From contig LT649258.1 of the NCBI GenBank assembly GCA_900128395.1, positions 1 through 56,309 on the forward strand: a stretch of 56,309 bases of DNA. Direction: 5' to 3'. This DNA comes from Stramenopiles sp. TOSAG23-2 (lineage: Eukaryota). Numbering within the stretch: position 1 is the stretch's first letter; each line of letters opens with the position of its first letter. Below are positions 43,326 to 55,849 of the stretch, one piece after another. The notes beneath the pieces were generated by a model. The model saw only the letters and a list, made by a program, of their open reading frames with translations. It had not been told where the DNA came from and ran no database searches. The position numbers and the translations under genes are program-made.

Positions 43326-45648
43326 ATGAAGAAAATCAATAATTTATTGGTATATGCATTTGTTGCTATGATATGTATTTTATTAATGGTAACATCTGTA
43401 CATAGTATATCGCATAAACATAGGATACAACGACGTGCACGTGCATTGGAACCACAAATAGCAGAACAAGCATTAAATAGTAAACCTGATAAAGAAGACG
43501 ATGATGATAATGAAGGCGAGGTGGAAAACGTAGTTGAAAACAGTAGTAATAGTAGTAGTAATAATGATGAAGAAGAAGAAGAAGAAAAACCGTCATCGTC
43601 AACAAGTACTAAAAAATCAATCTTTAAAAAGACAGAAACACCAGCTGAAAAAATGCAAAGACGTCGTGATGGTTTACGTAAAGCAAGAGCAGAAAAAGCA
43701 GGTAAAACATCCAAAGCGAATGAAGCGAAGAAAGTAGCACCAACACCTACGTAAAGCAAGAGCAGAAAAAGCAGGTAAAACATCCAAAGCGGATGAAGCG
43801 AAGAAAGCACCAGTAATAGTAAATAAAAAAGATGAAGATGAAAATGCATCGAAAGAGGAAGAGAAAGATTTGGAAAATGATGATACAGAAGAGGAGGAAG
43901 AAGAAGAAGAAGAAGAGGAAGAAGCACCGAAGAAACAACCAATCTTTAAAAAATCTGAAACACCAGCTGAAAAAATGAAAAGACGTCGTGATGGTTTACG
44001 TAAAGCAAGAGCAGAAAAAGCAGGTAAAACATCCAAAGCGGATGAAGCGAAGAAAGCACCAGTAATAGTAAATAAAAAAGATGAAGATGAAAAGGCATCG
44101 AAAGAGGAAGAGACTGAAACACCAGCTGAAAAAATACAAAGACGTCGTGATGGTTTACGTAAAGCAAGAGCAGAAAAAGCAGGTAAAACATCCAAAGCGG
44201 ATGAAGCGAAGAAAGTAGCACCAACACCAACAAAAAAAGATGATGCTGAAGAACTGGAAGAAGACGATGAGAAAGAAGATGCTGAGGAAGAAGTTAAAGA
44301 TACACCAAAAGCAGCAACTGGTGCAAGTGTAGAATCGAAAGGAGATGACGATGAGGATGAAGAAGTAAAAGAATCCAAACCAAAATCAACGACAAATAAA
44401 AAAGAAACATCGGAAGATGACGATGAGGATGAAGAAGTAAAAGAATCCAAACCAAAATCAACAACAAATAAAAAAGAAACATCGGAAGATGACGATGAGG
44501 ATGAAGAAGTAAAAGAATCCAAATCAAAATCAACAACAAATAAAAAAGAAACATCGGAAGATGACGATGAGGATGAAGAAGTAAAAGAATCCAAACCAAA
44601 ATCAACAACAAATAAAAAAGAAACATCGGAAGATGACGATGAGGATGAAGAAGTAAAAGAATCCAAATCAAAATCAACAACAAATAAAAAAGAAACATCT
44701 GAAGATGATGAGGATGAGGATGAAGAAGAGAAAACAGCTTCAACAGGAGCTGCAGCTACTGGTACAGCAGCAGCAGAAGAAGGGAAAAAAAACAAGAAAC
44801 CAAGTATTACATCCAAAGATGTATTAAATGGTTTAACTGATGATGAAGCATTAGGTAAAACATCCACTTTTTTAACGAAACGTACAGAAGCAGCATCAAA
44901 ATTAATGAAAGTAAAAGAAAAGCGTTTAAAATTGGAACAATATTTAAAACAAATGAATAGTCATGTCATGAAAATGAAAAAGGTATTAGGTAATACAACG
45001 GAAGAACAATTACATAAAACAGAATCTGAATTGAAAGAAAAATCAAAAGAAATCGAAGAGGAAAAGAAAAATACAAATGAAAAATTAAATGAAAATGAAA
45101 AATCAACGAAACTTGCAATGAGTGAATTAAATGCCAAAATCGAATCTGTGGAAAAACAATCCAAAGATGAAGATGAAAAAAAAGCAATGCAAATTAAAAC
45201 GTTGGAAGAAAAAGTAAATTCATTAGAAAAGACAAATAAAGCTGAAAAAGATGAAAGTGAAAAGAAAATTAAAGAAAAAGAAGAGGAAGTTGAAGCGGAA
45301 AAACAAGAAGTTATGAAAAAAGAACAAGAAGTCATTAATGTTGAAAAAGATGAAACGAAACAAGTCAATAAAATGAAAAAAGAAGAATTAGATACAGAAA
45401 AAAAATTAAAAAAAGAAGAAATTGAAGCAGGTGATGCAGTTGCCCCTGAAGAAGATGGCGATGATGAGAAGGAGGAGGAGGAAGAACTTCTTTTACAACT
45501 ATTCTAACATTTCTTCTTTGTACATCTATCTGTTCAAGATGATGATGAAGAAGAAGATGGTGTTACATCCACTGGTGCATCTACTGGTGGTAGTAGTGCA
45601 TCTGGTGCTGCTGGTAGTGCAAGTGGTACAGCAACTGGTAGTTTCTAA
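43326..45648 (+). CDS. Secreted, highly acidic repeat/coiled-coil protein (broken at ~43749; probable last exon 45539-45648)
   Basis: Signal peptide MKKINNLLVYAFVAMICILLMVTSVHS; repeats ETPAEKMxRRRDGLRKARAEKAGKTSKADEAKK and EDDDEDEEVKESKPKSTTNKKETS; intron-like 3' end (ttctaac..caag) before 45539. Confidence 0.7.
44343..44725 (+). repeat. 72-nt coding tandem repeat x5
   Basis: gatgacgatgaggatgaagaagtaaaagaatccaaa(c/t)caaaatcaacaacaaataaaaaagaaacatcggaa units. Confidence 0.95.
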
Positions 45649-46000
45649 AAACGCTTTTATTAATAAATATTATATATATATTTTTAAATAAAAAAAAACA
45701 TTTCTCATTGTTCTCATATTTTTATTAATAGACGAACTGATCATGAAAATGGGGGTTCAAGGTTCAAATAAAAGTACATATTTAATTTTACTATGCATAA
45801 TAAATATATTTGATATGATATGTAGAAATCATCATAAATTCATAAAATCCAAAAATGACCAATGTTAATTTGGATGAAAATATCTAGAATATCCGATTGT
45901 TTATTATATTATCCTATATAAATATTTATTTATGGTATACTAAATATGTACTTATTTAGGAGGTTTTCAAATTCATGTTTTCATCGGTCTTATTTGCTGT

Positions 46001-46325
46001 ATCGTTATAATGCTATATGGTGATACGTGCTATGTGCCTGTATATAATGCTATGCGCCTGTACATGGTTCTGTTTTCGAGAATCCTTCTTCAATTTAAAA
46101 TAGGCGTTTGTGCGTTATCTACAGTACAGTAGTGCGTAGTGTTAGCTTGGTTAGCAATCGTTATAATGCTATATGGTGATACGTGCTATGTGCCTGTATA
46201 TAATGCTATGCTCCTGTACATGGTGCTATGTGTTCTGTTTTTTTCGAGAATCCTTCTTCAATTTAAAATAGGCGTTTGTGCGTTATCTACAGTACAGTAG
46301 TGCGTAGTGTTAGCTTGGTTAGCAA
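46001..46325. repeat. Slightly diverged ~160-nt tandem duplication
   Basis: atcgttataatgctatatggtgatacgtg..ttagcttggttagcaa occurs twice, with small indels. Confidence 0.85.
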
Positions 46326-46685
46326 ATGTTATAGAGGTACTTAGAAACTTAGAAACTTCTTGTTATCTTTTTTGACAGGATTGTACTTATATCAATAAAA
46401 GTATATAGATTTCTATCTAGGACCATTTGAGATAAGCGGAAAAGATCTTGAACTTTGTTGTTGCGATTTTCCTTTCGTCTTTTAATTTCCGCATAGTATT
46501 TCCATAGTAAATAATACACGCCGCCACGTGGATAATTTTAATACTTACTTTTTTTATATATACTATATACTGTAATATATACAACCATGGGTAAGACGTA
46601 ATACACGAAAAAAAACAAAAAAAGAAAGGAAAAAACAATATAATATATCAATTATTATAACATAAAAAGAAAGTATAACAACAAT

Positions 46686-48151
46686 ATGATACGTGAACCA
46701 TCAATAAACAACACGCCAAAAGTTATTAATGGTATTATTGGTGGTGTTGGACCAATGGCAGGTGTAAAGTTACATGAAAAGATTATCCAATTTACACCAA
46801 CAAATGGAACAGATCAATCTCACTTGTGTGTACACCATATATCACAAAGTCAATATATACCTGATCGTACGACCTTCTTATTAAGCAATATGACGCTATC
46901 GAACCCCAATGACACCACAGTGATAGAAGAACGAAAGAACGGTATTGAAGAAAAGAATGAAATCAATGAAAGAAAACAAAAACGTAAATTTGATGAATTG
47001 TATAACAATACTACTATTGAATCAAACGAATCTGTAATTTCCATGGAAAAAAACAACGATATTAACAACAAAGACGATGTTATTATTAGTAATAATGAAT
47101 CGTTATTGATCAATCCAGCATATGGTGCATTAAAAGCTGTTAAATCATTAATTAATTCTACGAATACGAATCATAAATTATTTCCATGGAAAAAAACAAC
47201 GATATTAACAACAAAGACGATGTTATTATTAGTAATAATGAATCGTTATTGATCAATCCAGCATATGGTGCATTAAAAGCTGTTAAATCATTAATTAATT
47301 CTACGAATACGAATCATAAATTATTAATTGGTGTACCATGCAATACATTTCATTCAAGTAAAATATGGAATGTTTTTGAAAATGGAATTCATGAATATAT
47401 AGAGGAAAACAAACAAACAACTCAACAAGTAAAAAAGTTGAAAGTACATGTATTGCATATGATTAAAGAAACCGTTCAATATATATATCGTACATTGAAT
47501 CATCGAATGATGATGATGTCGTTTCCAATGGATCTTCCAGTAATTACTGCTACAACAAGAAAAATGGGAAAAGGCGAAGAACAGCCAATAGATCTTACAG
47601 TAACTACGGCAACAACAACGACAAGAAAAATGGAAGAACAACCAATACAAATGAAAACATTTAAAATTGGTTTATTATCAACACAAGGTACACGTGATAC
47701 AAAAATTTATCATGAAGCATTTCAACAAATGCATTGCAATATCGATACGGCGTCGTCTTTTCCTTTTAAATGTGAACTTGTATGTTTACCACAATTATTA
47801 CAAGATAAAATGACAAATTTAATATACAATAAGCAATTTGGTATTAAAGCAAAATCAAGCCCTACAGTTGATCCACGTGTGGTTACAGATATGAATGATT
47901 GTATTGAATATTTCATCAAAAATCATAATTGTGAAATTATTATTTTAGGGTGTACAGAATTACCATTAGCCATACCAGCAACAAATTCATATAAAGGTAT
48001 AGATGGAAAAACGATTTATGAACATGGCGATATACAATTGATTGATCCAGTAGAAATATTGGCAAAATCATACGTGCGTGAAAGTATACGACATCGTGAG
48101 ATGGAAAATGAAATCTTACAACGTGCTGTTTCAATCGAATCGAAACAGTAG
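46686..48151 (+). CDS. PLP-independent aspartate/glutamate racemase family protein (split by a 143-nt duplication)
   Basis: GIIGGVGPMAG, DQSH, IPDRT, GVPCNTFH, IGLLSTQGT, ILGCTELPL, IDPVEILA. The duplication 47037-47179/47180-47322 causes the frameshift. Confidence 0.9.
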
Positions 48152-48735
48152 TGGTGCTTCATGGCGATATACAATTGATTGATCCAGTAGAAATATTGGC
48201 AAAATCATACGTGCGTGAAAGTATACGACATCGTGAGATGGAAAATGAAATCTTACAACGTGCTGTTTCAATCGAATCGAAACAGTAGTGGTGCTTTTGG
48301 TGGTGATTTTACGACCAGTTCGTGAAATATGAAGTTCCACACATTTACACTGAATTGTGAATTGCTAAAATTTGTATTATTTTTTTGAGCGAAGGGTGTA
48401 TTAATTAATTTTCAGAGTGTTTCAAAAGATTTATTATAGATATATTGTGTGCGTAAAAAAAAAGAAGACAAATATTTGAAAATATTGGGAGGGGGGGGTT
48501 TACGAAGTACGAGTAAATTAAAACAAATTTTTTAAAGATTTTATATAATATTTTACGTAAACTTTTTTTACTTTTTACGTATATTACACACATTTTACAT
48601 CATTAGTTTTAAAAAAACGTGTACCACTACATATACACACACTTATACACACCATTACACCACTCCCCACACTTCTCTCGTTTTTTAAAAAACATTTTTA
48701 TGTATGATAATAAAATTAAAATCTCCTTTTTTTTA

Positions 48736-50973
48736 TTATCCATGGTTGTGTTTAAGAAGAACTGATAGTGATGAAAAGAAAAATAGTATTAAAATTGGCG
48801 ATGTACTTAATTGTTTTGTTGGTGGTGCCAATGATGATAAATTATCATCCTCAACAACACTTTTTTCCTCCGTCGTCATTGTAACAATATTAGTATCTTC
48901 TGTTCTCTTCGTTTGATGTATTGGTGAAATTGGATTAATTTTCAAATCATCATCATTACTACTACTATTAACGATAAAAGTATTTGTTTCATTGATAATA
49001 GCATCTGCATCATTTAATAAATCTTTCGTAATAGTATCATCGACGACATTATTATTATCACCTGGTTCCTTCAAACCAAGATCGGTACTTAATATATCAA
49101 AGACACTTTTCGTTGATTTTGTTTTTTTCGTCATCTTTACACTAACTTTCTCGTTTTTAACATTACTATTCATTTTCTTTTTATCATTTTTTTTCTTTCT
49201 TCTTCTTCTATTACTACCACTGTTATTAGTATTGTTCTTGTTATTATTATTATTATTGTTACTATTAGACGATGACGACCATTCATCGAATGTATCTGAA
49301 AATGAACGATACCATTTTTTCGCCATAAGACTACCGGAACTAACTGCACTACTTATTGCTTCCGATGCGATTTGTGCATTTGCTTGTGCTGCTTTAACAA
49401 CTTCTTGTACATCTTTACGATATTCTTCCCTCGTCTTTTGTTGTTGATTTCTTCCTGATCGTTTATTACCACCACCACCAACTCGGCGTTTACTTCTTTT
49501 ATTATTATTATTATTATTCACCATTAATGGATTTGCTAATTCACCATTTAAATATTTCTGTTCATTTTCTTTTATAAGTTGTGCTTCTAATAATAATTGA
49601 TTTAAATCAGTTGGTGGATATGTTTGTAACATTTTCAATGCTTGTCCAAAATCGTATTTTAAAATTTTTGTACGGATACGTATGACCATGGCACAGCAAA
49701 TGTAAATTAAAAAATCAAATCTACTTGAATCACTAAATAAACTATCCCATAAACGTACTGTATCTGGCAAAACAAATTCACGCGATAACATTGTTGTAAT
49801 CCAACGAAAGGTATAAAATTTTGGATCGATATTTAATAAATCTAAATATTCAGCAAGTTTTGGATCTTGTCTAACTAATATATTACTATATTTATCAATA
49901 TAACCATTGATACCTGAACTTGTTTTATCTAATGTTGGTATGAACCAATCTTTAATTTCACCCATTAATTGCATAAAACACCAAAATGTATCGGCTTCTA
50001 TATTAATTGGATCATTAAAATCGATGAACTTTTCATCCTTCGTCGTCGTTGTTGTTGAATGGCTATTATCATCCTTTTTTTTATTACCATCATCATCATC
50101 ATCTTTTTTCTTTTGTGGAAGAATTGTTGTTCCATAAGTATTATTATAATCAACAGTATCTGTCATGAAAACATAATATAATGGTGCTAATACTTCATTC
50201 ATGCCTTGTATATAACTAACACCAGGATTTAACTTTGCAAAAATAAATAACATACGTTTCATTACTTCATATGTATTGCCTTGTGTGAAAAAACTATAAC
50301 CAGGATGTGTACGATGTACATCCTTTGCTATTGTTTCTTTGATTTCTTCATCTTGATAAAATATATTCCATTGACTAGTAGGTTCTGTAGATAATGGATT
50401 ATCTTCAAAAGTTGGTTCATTTTTATTTAATAATTCTTCCTGTGTTGTGATAAAATCATTAATAAATTGCTTATATAAAAACCGTTTTTCATTTAATCGT
50501 TCTTTCCATTTACTTGGATCTAATGGCAATAAACCTAATAATACACGCCAACTTATTGAACGTAAACCTTTTGGTGAATCTGGTATACCATAAAATGAAA
50601 TATTTTGTAATTGATTTAAATTTATTTTACGTCGTTCTTGTAATGTTGCAGTTTCTTCTAGGTCTTGTTTTATATTTGTTTTCTTTTTCACAATGGAACC
50701 ACGTAATATTTTTTTAAATAATACAGGTCGACGTAATAATATATTTGGTTTATTATTGTTGTTGTTGCTTTGTTGATTATTATTATTGTCATTATTATTA
50801 TTATTATTATTATTTGTAATTGATGTATTATTATTATTATTATTATTATTACTATTATCAATATTTATTCCTGTGGATGCTTGTATTGGTGATGTTTTTG
50901 GTTTACTTGTTGTTGTTGTTGTTAGCGGTGGTGATAGATGCGATGTCTGATGATTTTCATTTGTATCACTCAT
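48736..50973 (-). CDS. TBC1D13: TBC-domain Rab GAP, TBC1D13-like
   Basis: RSISWRVLLGLLP, DNPLS..SQWNIFYQD, IAKDVHRT (R finger), YIQGMNE (Q finger), EADTFWCF, FRWITTMLSREF..LWDSLF. ATG at 50973. Confidence 0.88.
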   Translation of the reverse strand: MSDTNENHQTSHLSPPLTTTTTSKPKTSPIQASTGINIDNSNNNNNNNNTSITNNNNNNNNDNNNNQQSNNNNNKPNILLRRPVLFKKILRGSIVKKKTNIKQDLEETATLQERRKINLNQLQNISFYGIPDSPKGLRSISWRVLLGLLPLDPSKWKERLNEKRFLYKQFINDFITTQEELLNKNEPTFEDNPLSTEPTSQWNIFYQDEEIKETIAKDVHRTHPGYSFFTQGNTYEVMKRMLFIFAKLNPGVSYIQGMNEVLAPLYYVFMTDTVDYNNTYGTTILPQKKKDDDDDGNKKKDDNSHSTTTTTKDEKFIDFNDPINIEADTFWCFMQLMGEIKDWFIPTLDKTSSGINGYIDKYSNILVRQDPKLAEYLDLLNIDPKFYTFRWITTMLSREFVLPDTVRLWDSLFSDSSRFDFLIYICCAMVIRIRTKILKYDFGQALKMLQTYPPTDLNQLLLEAQLIKENEQKYLNGELANPLMVNNNNNNKRSKRRVGGGGNKRSGRNQQQKTREEYRKDVQEVVKAAQANAQIASEAISSAVSSGSLMAKKWYRSFSDTFDEWSSSSNSNNNNNNNKNNTNNSGSNRRRRKKKNDKKKMNSNVKNEKVSVKMTKKTKSTKSVFDILSTDLGLKEPGDNNNVVDDTITKDLLNDADAIINETNTFIVNSSSNDDDLKINPISPIHQTKRTEDTNIVTMTTEEKSVVEDDNLSSLAPPTKQLSTSPILILFFFSSLSVLLKHNHG

Positions 50974-52107
50974 ATTGTTGGAATCACTTTTTATTACAGA
51001 GTCAAATAATGTCTTTACAAAAAACAATTACTAAGTTTCAAACTGATATTATTTCAACTATACAAATTTGACTGAAAACCGAAAAAATGATGAAAAACGA
51101 CGAAGAGGAATTTAAAATCTAAAATCCAAAATCACAAAAAAAAAAACAAAAACTATATTAAGAATAATAATTCTATATTTGTTGATTATATATATATATA
51201 TATACAAGGTATCAAATGGTTTTTATTACTTGTTGTGACAATACCCTATAAATATATATATATATTTGCTATATTTTTACATATATTATTCGTTCCTATT
51301 TCCTACATGGGGGTTGTTCTACAGGGGTAGTTAGAGTGAGGGTTTTAGGTTGCATTGTTGCATCGGAAAATTTCGTTAAAAGGTCAATAAATACTATTTA
51401 TTTTAGTTAAAATTATATTACTTTTACAGAATTCATCGAAATCTTATTTATATTTTTAAGGATGGTTTCTCTTCGTTATTTCAGCCTAGCCAAAAACAGA
51501 TATGGAGAAAATGCAACGCAACTTTGGACTTTTTGGTTGCAAAGCTATGATTATATAGGAATATCATTATATACAATTCTGTGTAGTGTATTTAGCAGGT
51601 AGCAGGTGAATACTACAATGGAGATGTGTGGGATTTATTAGATTATTCTGTGGAGATGTTATGTGGAGTGTGGAGATGTGGAGATTCTGAGATTCTGAGT
51701 TTTGATTGACATTTCTCAAATTTCTCCTATCAAATGACGCATGATTTTTATTATACTTGTGAAAGGGAAATTTGTCCTCTCGTCATTTCTCATTTTTATT
51801 TTGATTTTCTCCTATCAAACGACCATAATTTATACTTGGAATTGAAATTAGAATACCAATATTTTAAAGTAGCCATTAAACGACAATAATGTATACTTAA
51901 AAGGACATTTAGAATATAAAAAATTCACACCAACCAAAAAAATCCTAAAAATACAAGAACGGATTTAGCCTCGGACTTCATAAATAATAAACAAGAACAC
52001 TATTACAAGAAAAAAACACTGAGTAGTAAAGAGTAAACAAACAAAACCAGACGATAATAAAAATATACAACAACAACAAGCGCTAAACTATAACATATAA
52101 AACAAGA

Positions 52108-55100
52108 ATGAACAATCATGCAACATTATCACAAGCATTTGATGAATATGCAAATTATGAAATTACGGATGAAGATTTAGCAATCAAAATTGAAGAAAAC
52201 CATTCTCCTTTTTTTCATCCATTTCGTGCACAAGATAAATTGAAAATATTACAATATGTAAATTTAATTCAATTTGCGCCAAATGAATTAATTTCAAACA
52301 ATTTATTCAATGAGAATGCCAAAATTACTGAGGGGGGTAACGACTCCGAAGACAGTAACAACAATCGTGTTGATGAAAGTGATACTGACAACAGCAACAA
52401 CAACAACACCAAAAAAAATGTAGATATTTATGATTATATATACATTGTAAAAGGTACCATTAAAGCAACTGTAGAAAAAGAAAGCAATTTTAAAATAAAA
52501 ACATTGGGCAAGATTGGAAAAACTGAAGACATTGGTAGATTAAGGGTGAATGTTGAAATGCAATATGGCATATTAAACAATATCAATGTATACGCAAGCA
52601 CGGCTGGATGTGTGGCAATTGTGTTATCATATAAAGAATACATACGATTTGCTGAAAATGCACAACATGTTGAAAATTCGAACCGTTTAGGTCCAGCAGA
52701 ACTATCAAGACGTATGCAACTTCTTCGTAAAAATCCATTGACAAATACATGGGATAATCGAAAACTAGCTAAAGTTAGTAATGCATTGAAAGAAATTAAA
52801 TTAGAAGCATTTCAAACATATCAACAAGAAAATTCGTTTTGCAAAGAATTATTTTTTGTATATCGTGGTGAAGTACAATTGAAAAAAGAAGGAAATTTTC
52901 AAAGTTCACATAGTGGTACCAATGTTGGTGGCGGGGGGAATCAATATCAACCGCAAACACAACAAAAGAAACATCAGCAGCAGTCGTCACCACAATATTC
53001 GCAACAACAACAGCAACAACAGCAACTTAATACGCGTAGGTCAACGACATTAGCTGTATTAGGCCCATCACACATTGGAGGTGTTGTAGAAATTGTTCAA
53101 TTGCATGAAACGGGAGCCGCTGTATACAGATCAACCATTTTAGCTGGTGTTTCTGGTGCTACAATATTGACATTATCCTCTTACATGGCTAATATATTAT
53201 TATTTTCAAATGAACGTGAATGGAATATTTTATATTCATTACGACGTCGTAGACTTTTATGGGATACAATGAGAATGAATCAACAAAGTCGACATACTGA
53301 TATTTCATTGACATTAAACAATAGCCATATGATGATTAATTTCGGATATGTTTTGACCGAAGGTGTCATTGCACATTTAGAAAGTGGAACGGCAGTAAAG
53401 ACGGTTGGAATGTTACAAGAAAAAAGCAACAACAATAATAATAATAATAATAATAATAGTATGCAAAAAATTCAAGATACCGATTATTATTTAACAGTGC
53501 AACATGCTCGAGAGCGTCGACGAGCAGGAGAAGCTTTGATGCGAGCTGGAGAATATTCGATGGCATTATCAATATTTCGTATTGCAAATGAGATGTTCCA
53601 TGCATCGATACCATTGTTATCAAAAACAAACGGCATTATCAAGGAAGAAACGGCCTTAAATTTGAAACAAGGATTTGAACGATTGGGAAAGATGTGTCTA
53701 GCATTTGCTGCATTAGCTGCATTTGCCGTACGGTATAAACTTACCATTGAAGCAATTACCAACTGCGGATTAAATTTTTGTCGCCGTTCATACAACAAAG
53801 CTACAAAGGAATTCATAAAAGCGCATGAAGAATGGAAAATATTTTTGCGACTTTATGGAAATAGCAACGAATTGAAACAATATGTTGAATTAAATCACCA
53901 TTATAAAACGATGAAACCAATGGCAAATGGCCTTATCAACGAAATGGCAAAAATGACACGTAAAGCAATGCATACGGAACAACGCCGTGGAAGCGATAGT
54001 AGTAGTAAAATTAATAATAATAACGGTGCATTGTCTAGAAGAGGCTCGTCGAATCCAGAGGCAATTGATCTCGACTTGATAGATAATCAAATGGAAGGCA
54101 CAATGCATGTTCCATCTCCACCAAAAGCAAACAGTGGTAGAAATTCTTCTACAAATTCACCAAGGCATAATCATACAAACTTTTCAATGATTCAAAAACG
54201 AAGCGATAGTAGAAGTAGAAAATCTTCAACCAAACCAAATAACGGTTTGGTCTTAAAAGCGAATAATAAAATTGTTGTACGCTCACATCCAGATGCGGTC
54301 CATACAGACCATCATCATATGATCAATCCAACGTATCACAATCCATATCGTTATCCACTTGTTGAGGATGATATGAAATTGAGTAAATATAAAAACAATG
54401 AACTTGTTAAAATATCCAAACGGAATGCATCGGTACAAAATATATTAAAAAAGCGAAGTAATAAAAGAGACATACGAAAAAGCCCAAATAACAATCGTGA
54501 TTGCGTTGGCCATACGTCATTTCCATTGACAAATAGTAACAATAATATGAATAATAATTATCATGAGAGTAAAATGAATGAAAATCATAATGGTGAAACG
54601 AAAATCGCATCGCCACCTGTCCAACCTCCAATGCGACAACCTATATTCAAAATCAACGTTTTGCTGATTGAACCAAATGAAAAAAATGCTAGATTATTTG
54701 GTTATTTACTAGCTACTCAAGCAAGGCGTTATGGTATTAGTTGTAATTTTACCCACGTACGAGGTGGTAGAAAAGGTTTGCAATTAAGTGGTAATACGAG
54801 CGAAATGTATTCATATTCGGCAACTCCAGCAACAATTGGTCGTGATGCTGATGCAAGTTATATGTTGAAAAAAATAACAACGAAATTTACTGCAATTATA
54901 GTTGCAGTGGAAGTACATGATATATCATGGCGATCAGTTGTTGAAAAAATACGCATGAATAATTCACGTACAATAATTTACACGGTTGCTAATTGTTCAG
55001 GGGAACAAGAAGAAGAAACGTCGTTTGTGAAAACTACATGTAAATATGGTGGCAATGGGTTTTATAAGAAACCATATAATAGAGGCATGGCATCGAGTGT

Positions 55101-55197
55101 GATCATGAATATTGAAAAATTTCACCAGCAAAATAAAAGCAAAGCAAATCAGTTCATCTTTAAAGCCATTAAAGATAGAGATAGGAGTAACATGTAA
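52108..55197 (+). CDS. Protein with two degenerate cNMP-binding domains and a C-terminal pseudo-receiver domain
   Basis: YIYIVKGTIK and LFFVYRGEVQL..LAVLGPSHIGG..YRSTILA are cNMP-like. INVLLIEPN..FTAIIVAV..VVEKIR..GGNGFYKKPY is REC-like. Confidence 0.65.
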   Translation: MNNHATLSQAFDEYANYEITDEDLAIKIEENHSPFFHPFRAQDKLKILQYVNLIQFAPNELISNNLFNENAKITEGGNDSEDSNNNRVDESDTDNSNNNNTKKNVDIYDYIYIVKGTIKATVEKESNFKIKTLGKIGKTEDIGRLRVNVEMQYGILNNINVYASTAGCVAIVLSYKEYIRFAENAQHVENSNRLGPAELSRRMQLLRKNPLTNTWDNRKLAKVSNALKEIKLEAFQTYQQENSFCKELFFVYRGEVQLKKEGNFQSSHSGTNVGGGGNQYQPQTQQKKHQQQSSPQYSQQQQQQQQLNTRRSTTLAVLGPSHIGGVVEIVQLHETGAAVYRSTILAGVSGATILTLSSYMANILLFSNEREWNILYSLRRRRLLWDTMRMNQQSRHTDISLTLNNSHMMINFGYVLTEGVIAHLESGTAVKTVGMLQEKSNNNNNNNNNNSMQKIQDTDYYLTVQHARERRRAGEALMRAGEYSMALSIFRIANEMFHASIPLLSKTNGIIKEETALNLKQGFERLGKMCLAFAALAAFAVRYKLTIEAITNCGLNFCRRSYNKATKEFIKAHEEWKIFLRLYGNSNELKQYVELNHHYKTMKPMANGLINEMAKMTRKAMHTEQRRGSDSSSKINNNNGALSRRGSSNPEAIDLDLIDNQMEGTMHVPSPPKANSGRNSSTNSPRHNHTNFSMIQKRSDSRSRKSSTKPNNGLVLKANNKIVVRSHPDAVHTDHHHMINPTYHNPYRYPLVEDDMKLSKYKNNELVKISKRNASVQNILKKRSNKRDIRKSPNNNRDCVGHTSFPLTNSNNNMNNNYHESKMNENHNGETKIASPPVQPPMRQPIFKINVLLIEPNEKNARLFGYLLATQARRYGISCNFTHVRGGRKGLQLSGNTSEMYSYSATPATIGRDADASYMLKKITTKFTAIIVAVEVHDISWRSVVEKIRMNNSRTIIYTVANCSGEQEEETSFVKTTCKYGGNGFYKKPYNRGMASSVIMNIEKFHQQNKSKANQFIFKAIKDRDRSNM

Positions 55198-55849
55198 GAG
55201 CATTTAAAAATTTTCGCCATCTTTAATGTAGATAACTCTAAATGTTTATATTTTTTTATTATTTTATTAAATTTTATTATATTATCTTTAAAGCCATTAA
55301 AGATAGAGATAGGAGTAACATGTAAGAGCATTTAATATTACGGAGCGCACTAGCACTAGCACTTTTGTACTTTGTAATCCCGTGTAAACATATATGTATT
55401 TACGAATATCGTATAAATTATATTTTTTTAGATTTTATAAAAATAACAAGAGACCCGCGGGCTTTTTTTTTTGTTTTAAAAGTATTAAGTTTTAGTAAGA
55501 AGTGAGTGTTTTAATACCGAAGGTTTGTATTTTAATTACTCTCTCTCTCGAGGTAGTAAAAAAAATATATGATACAGAGTGTTTGACATAATTTTATTTA
55601 AAAGAAATAGAGCTACCTGTGTACCTGTGTGTATACAATACACAATGCTTTTACGGATCAAATATGAATATTGTTTGATTTGTTATTGTTTTCGTTTTTT
55701 TTATTATCAAATTATTAATACTTTTTTATTTTCAATTTTTCTTTTTTGTAAATTCTTACATTTTTTTCAGACGGTATATATTAAACCGAAGAAACAAAGT
55801 TGCTTCGCCTGCCATCTGTGATCTAATAATTTTTAAAATGTTAAATACT

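Noticed and set aside
3049..55197. Alternative genetic code
   Set aside because: TAA, TAG and TGA all end recognisable genes (e.g. RPS5 TAG, QTRT1 TAA, GT32 TGA). Internal stops are explained by introns, indels or duplications.
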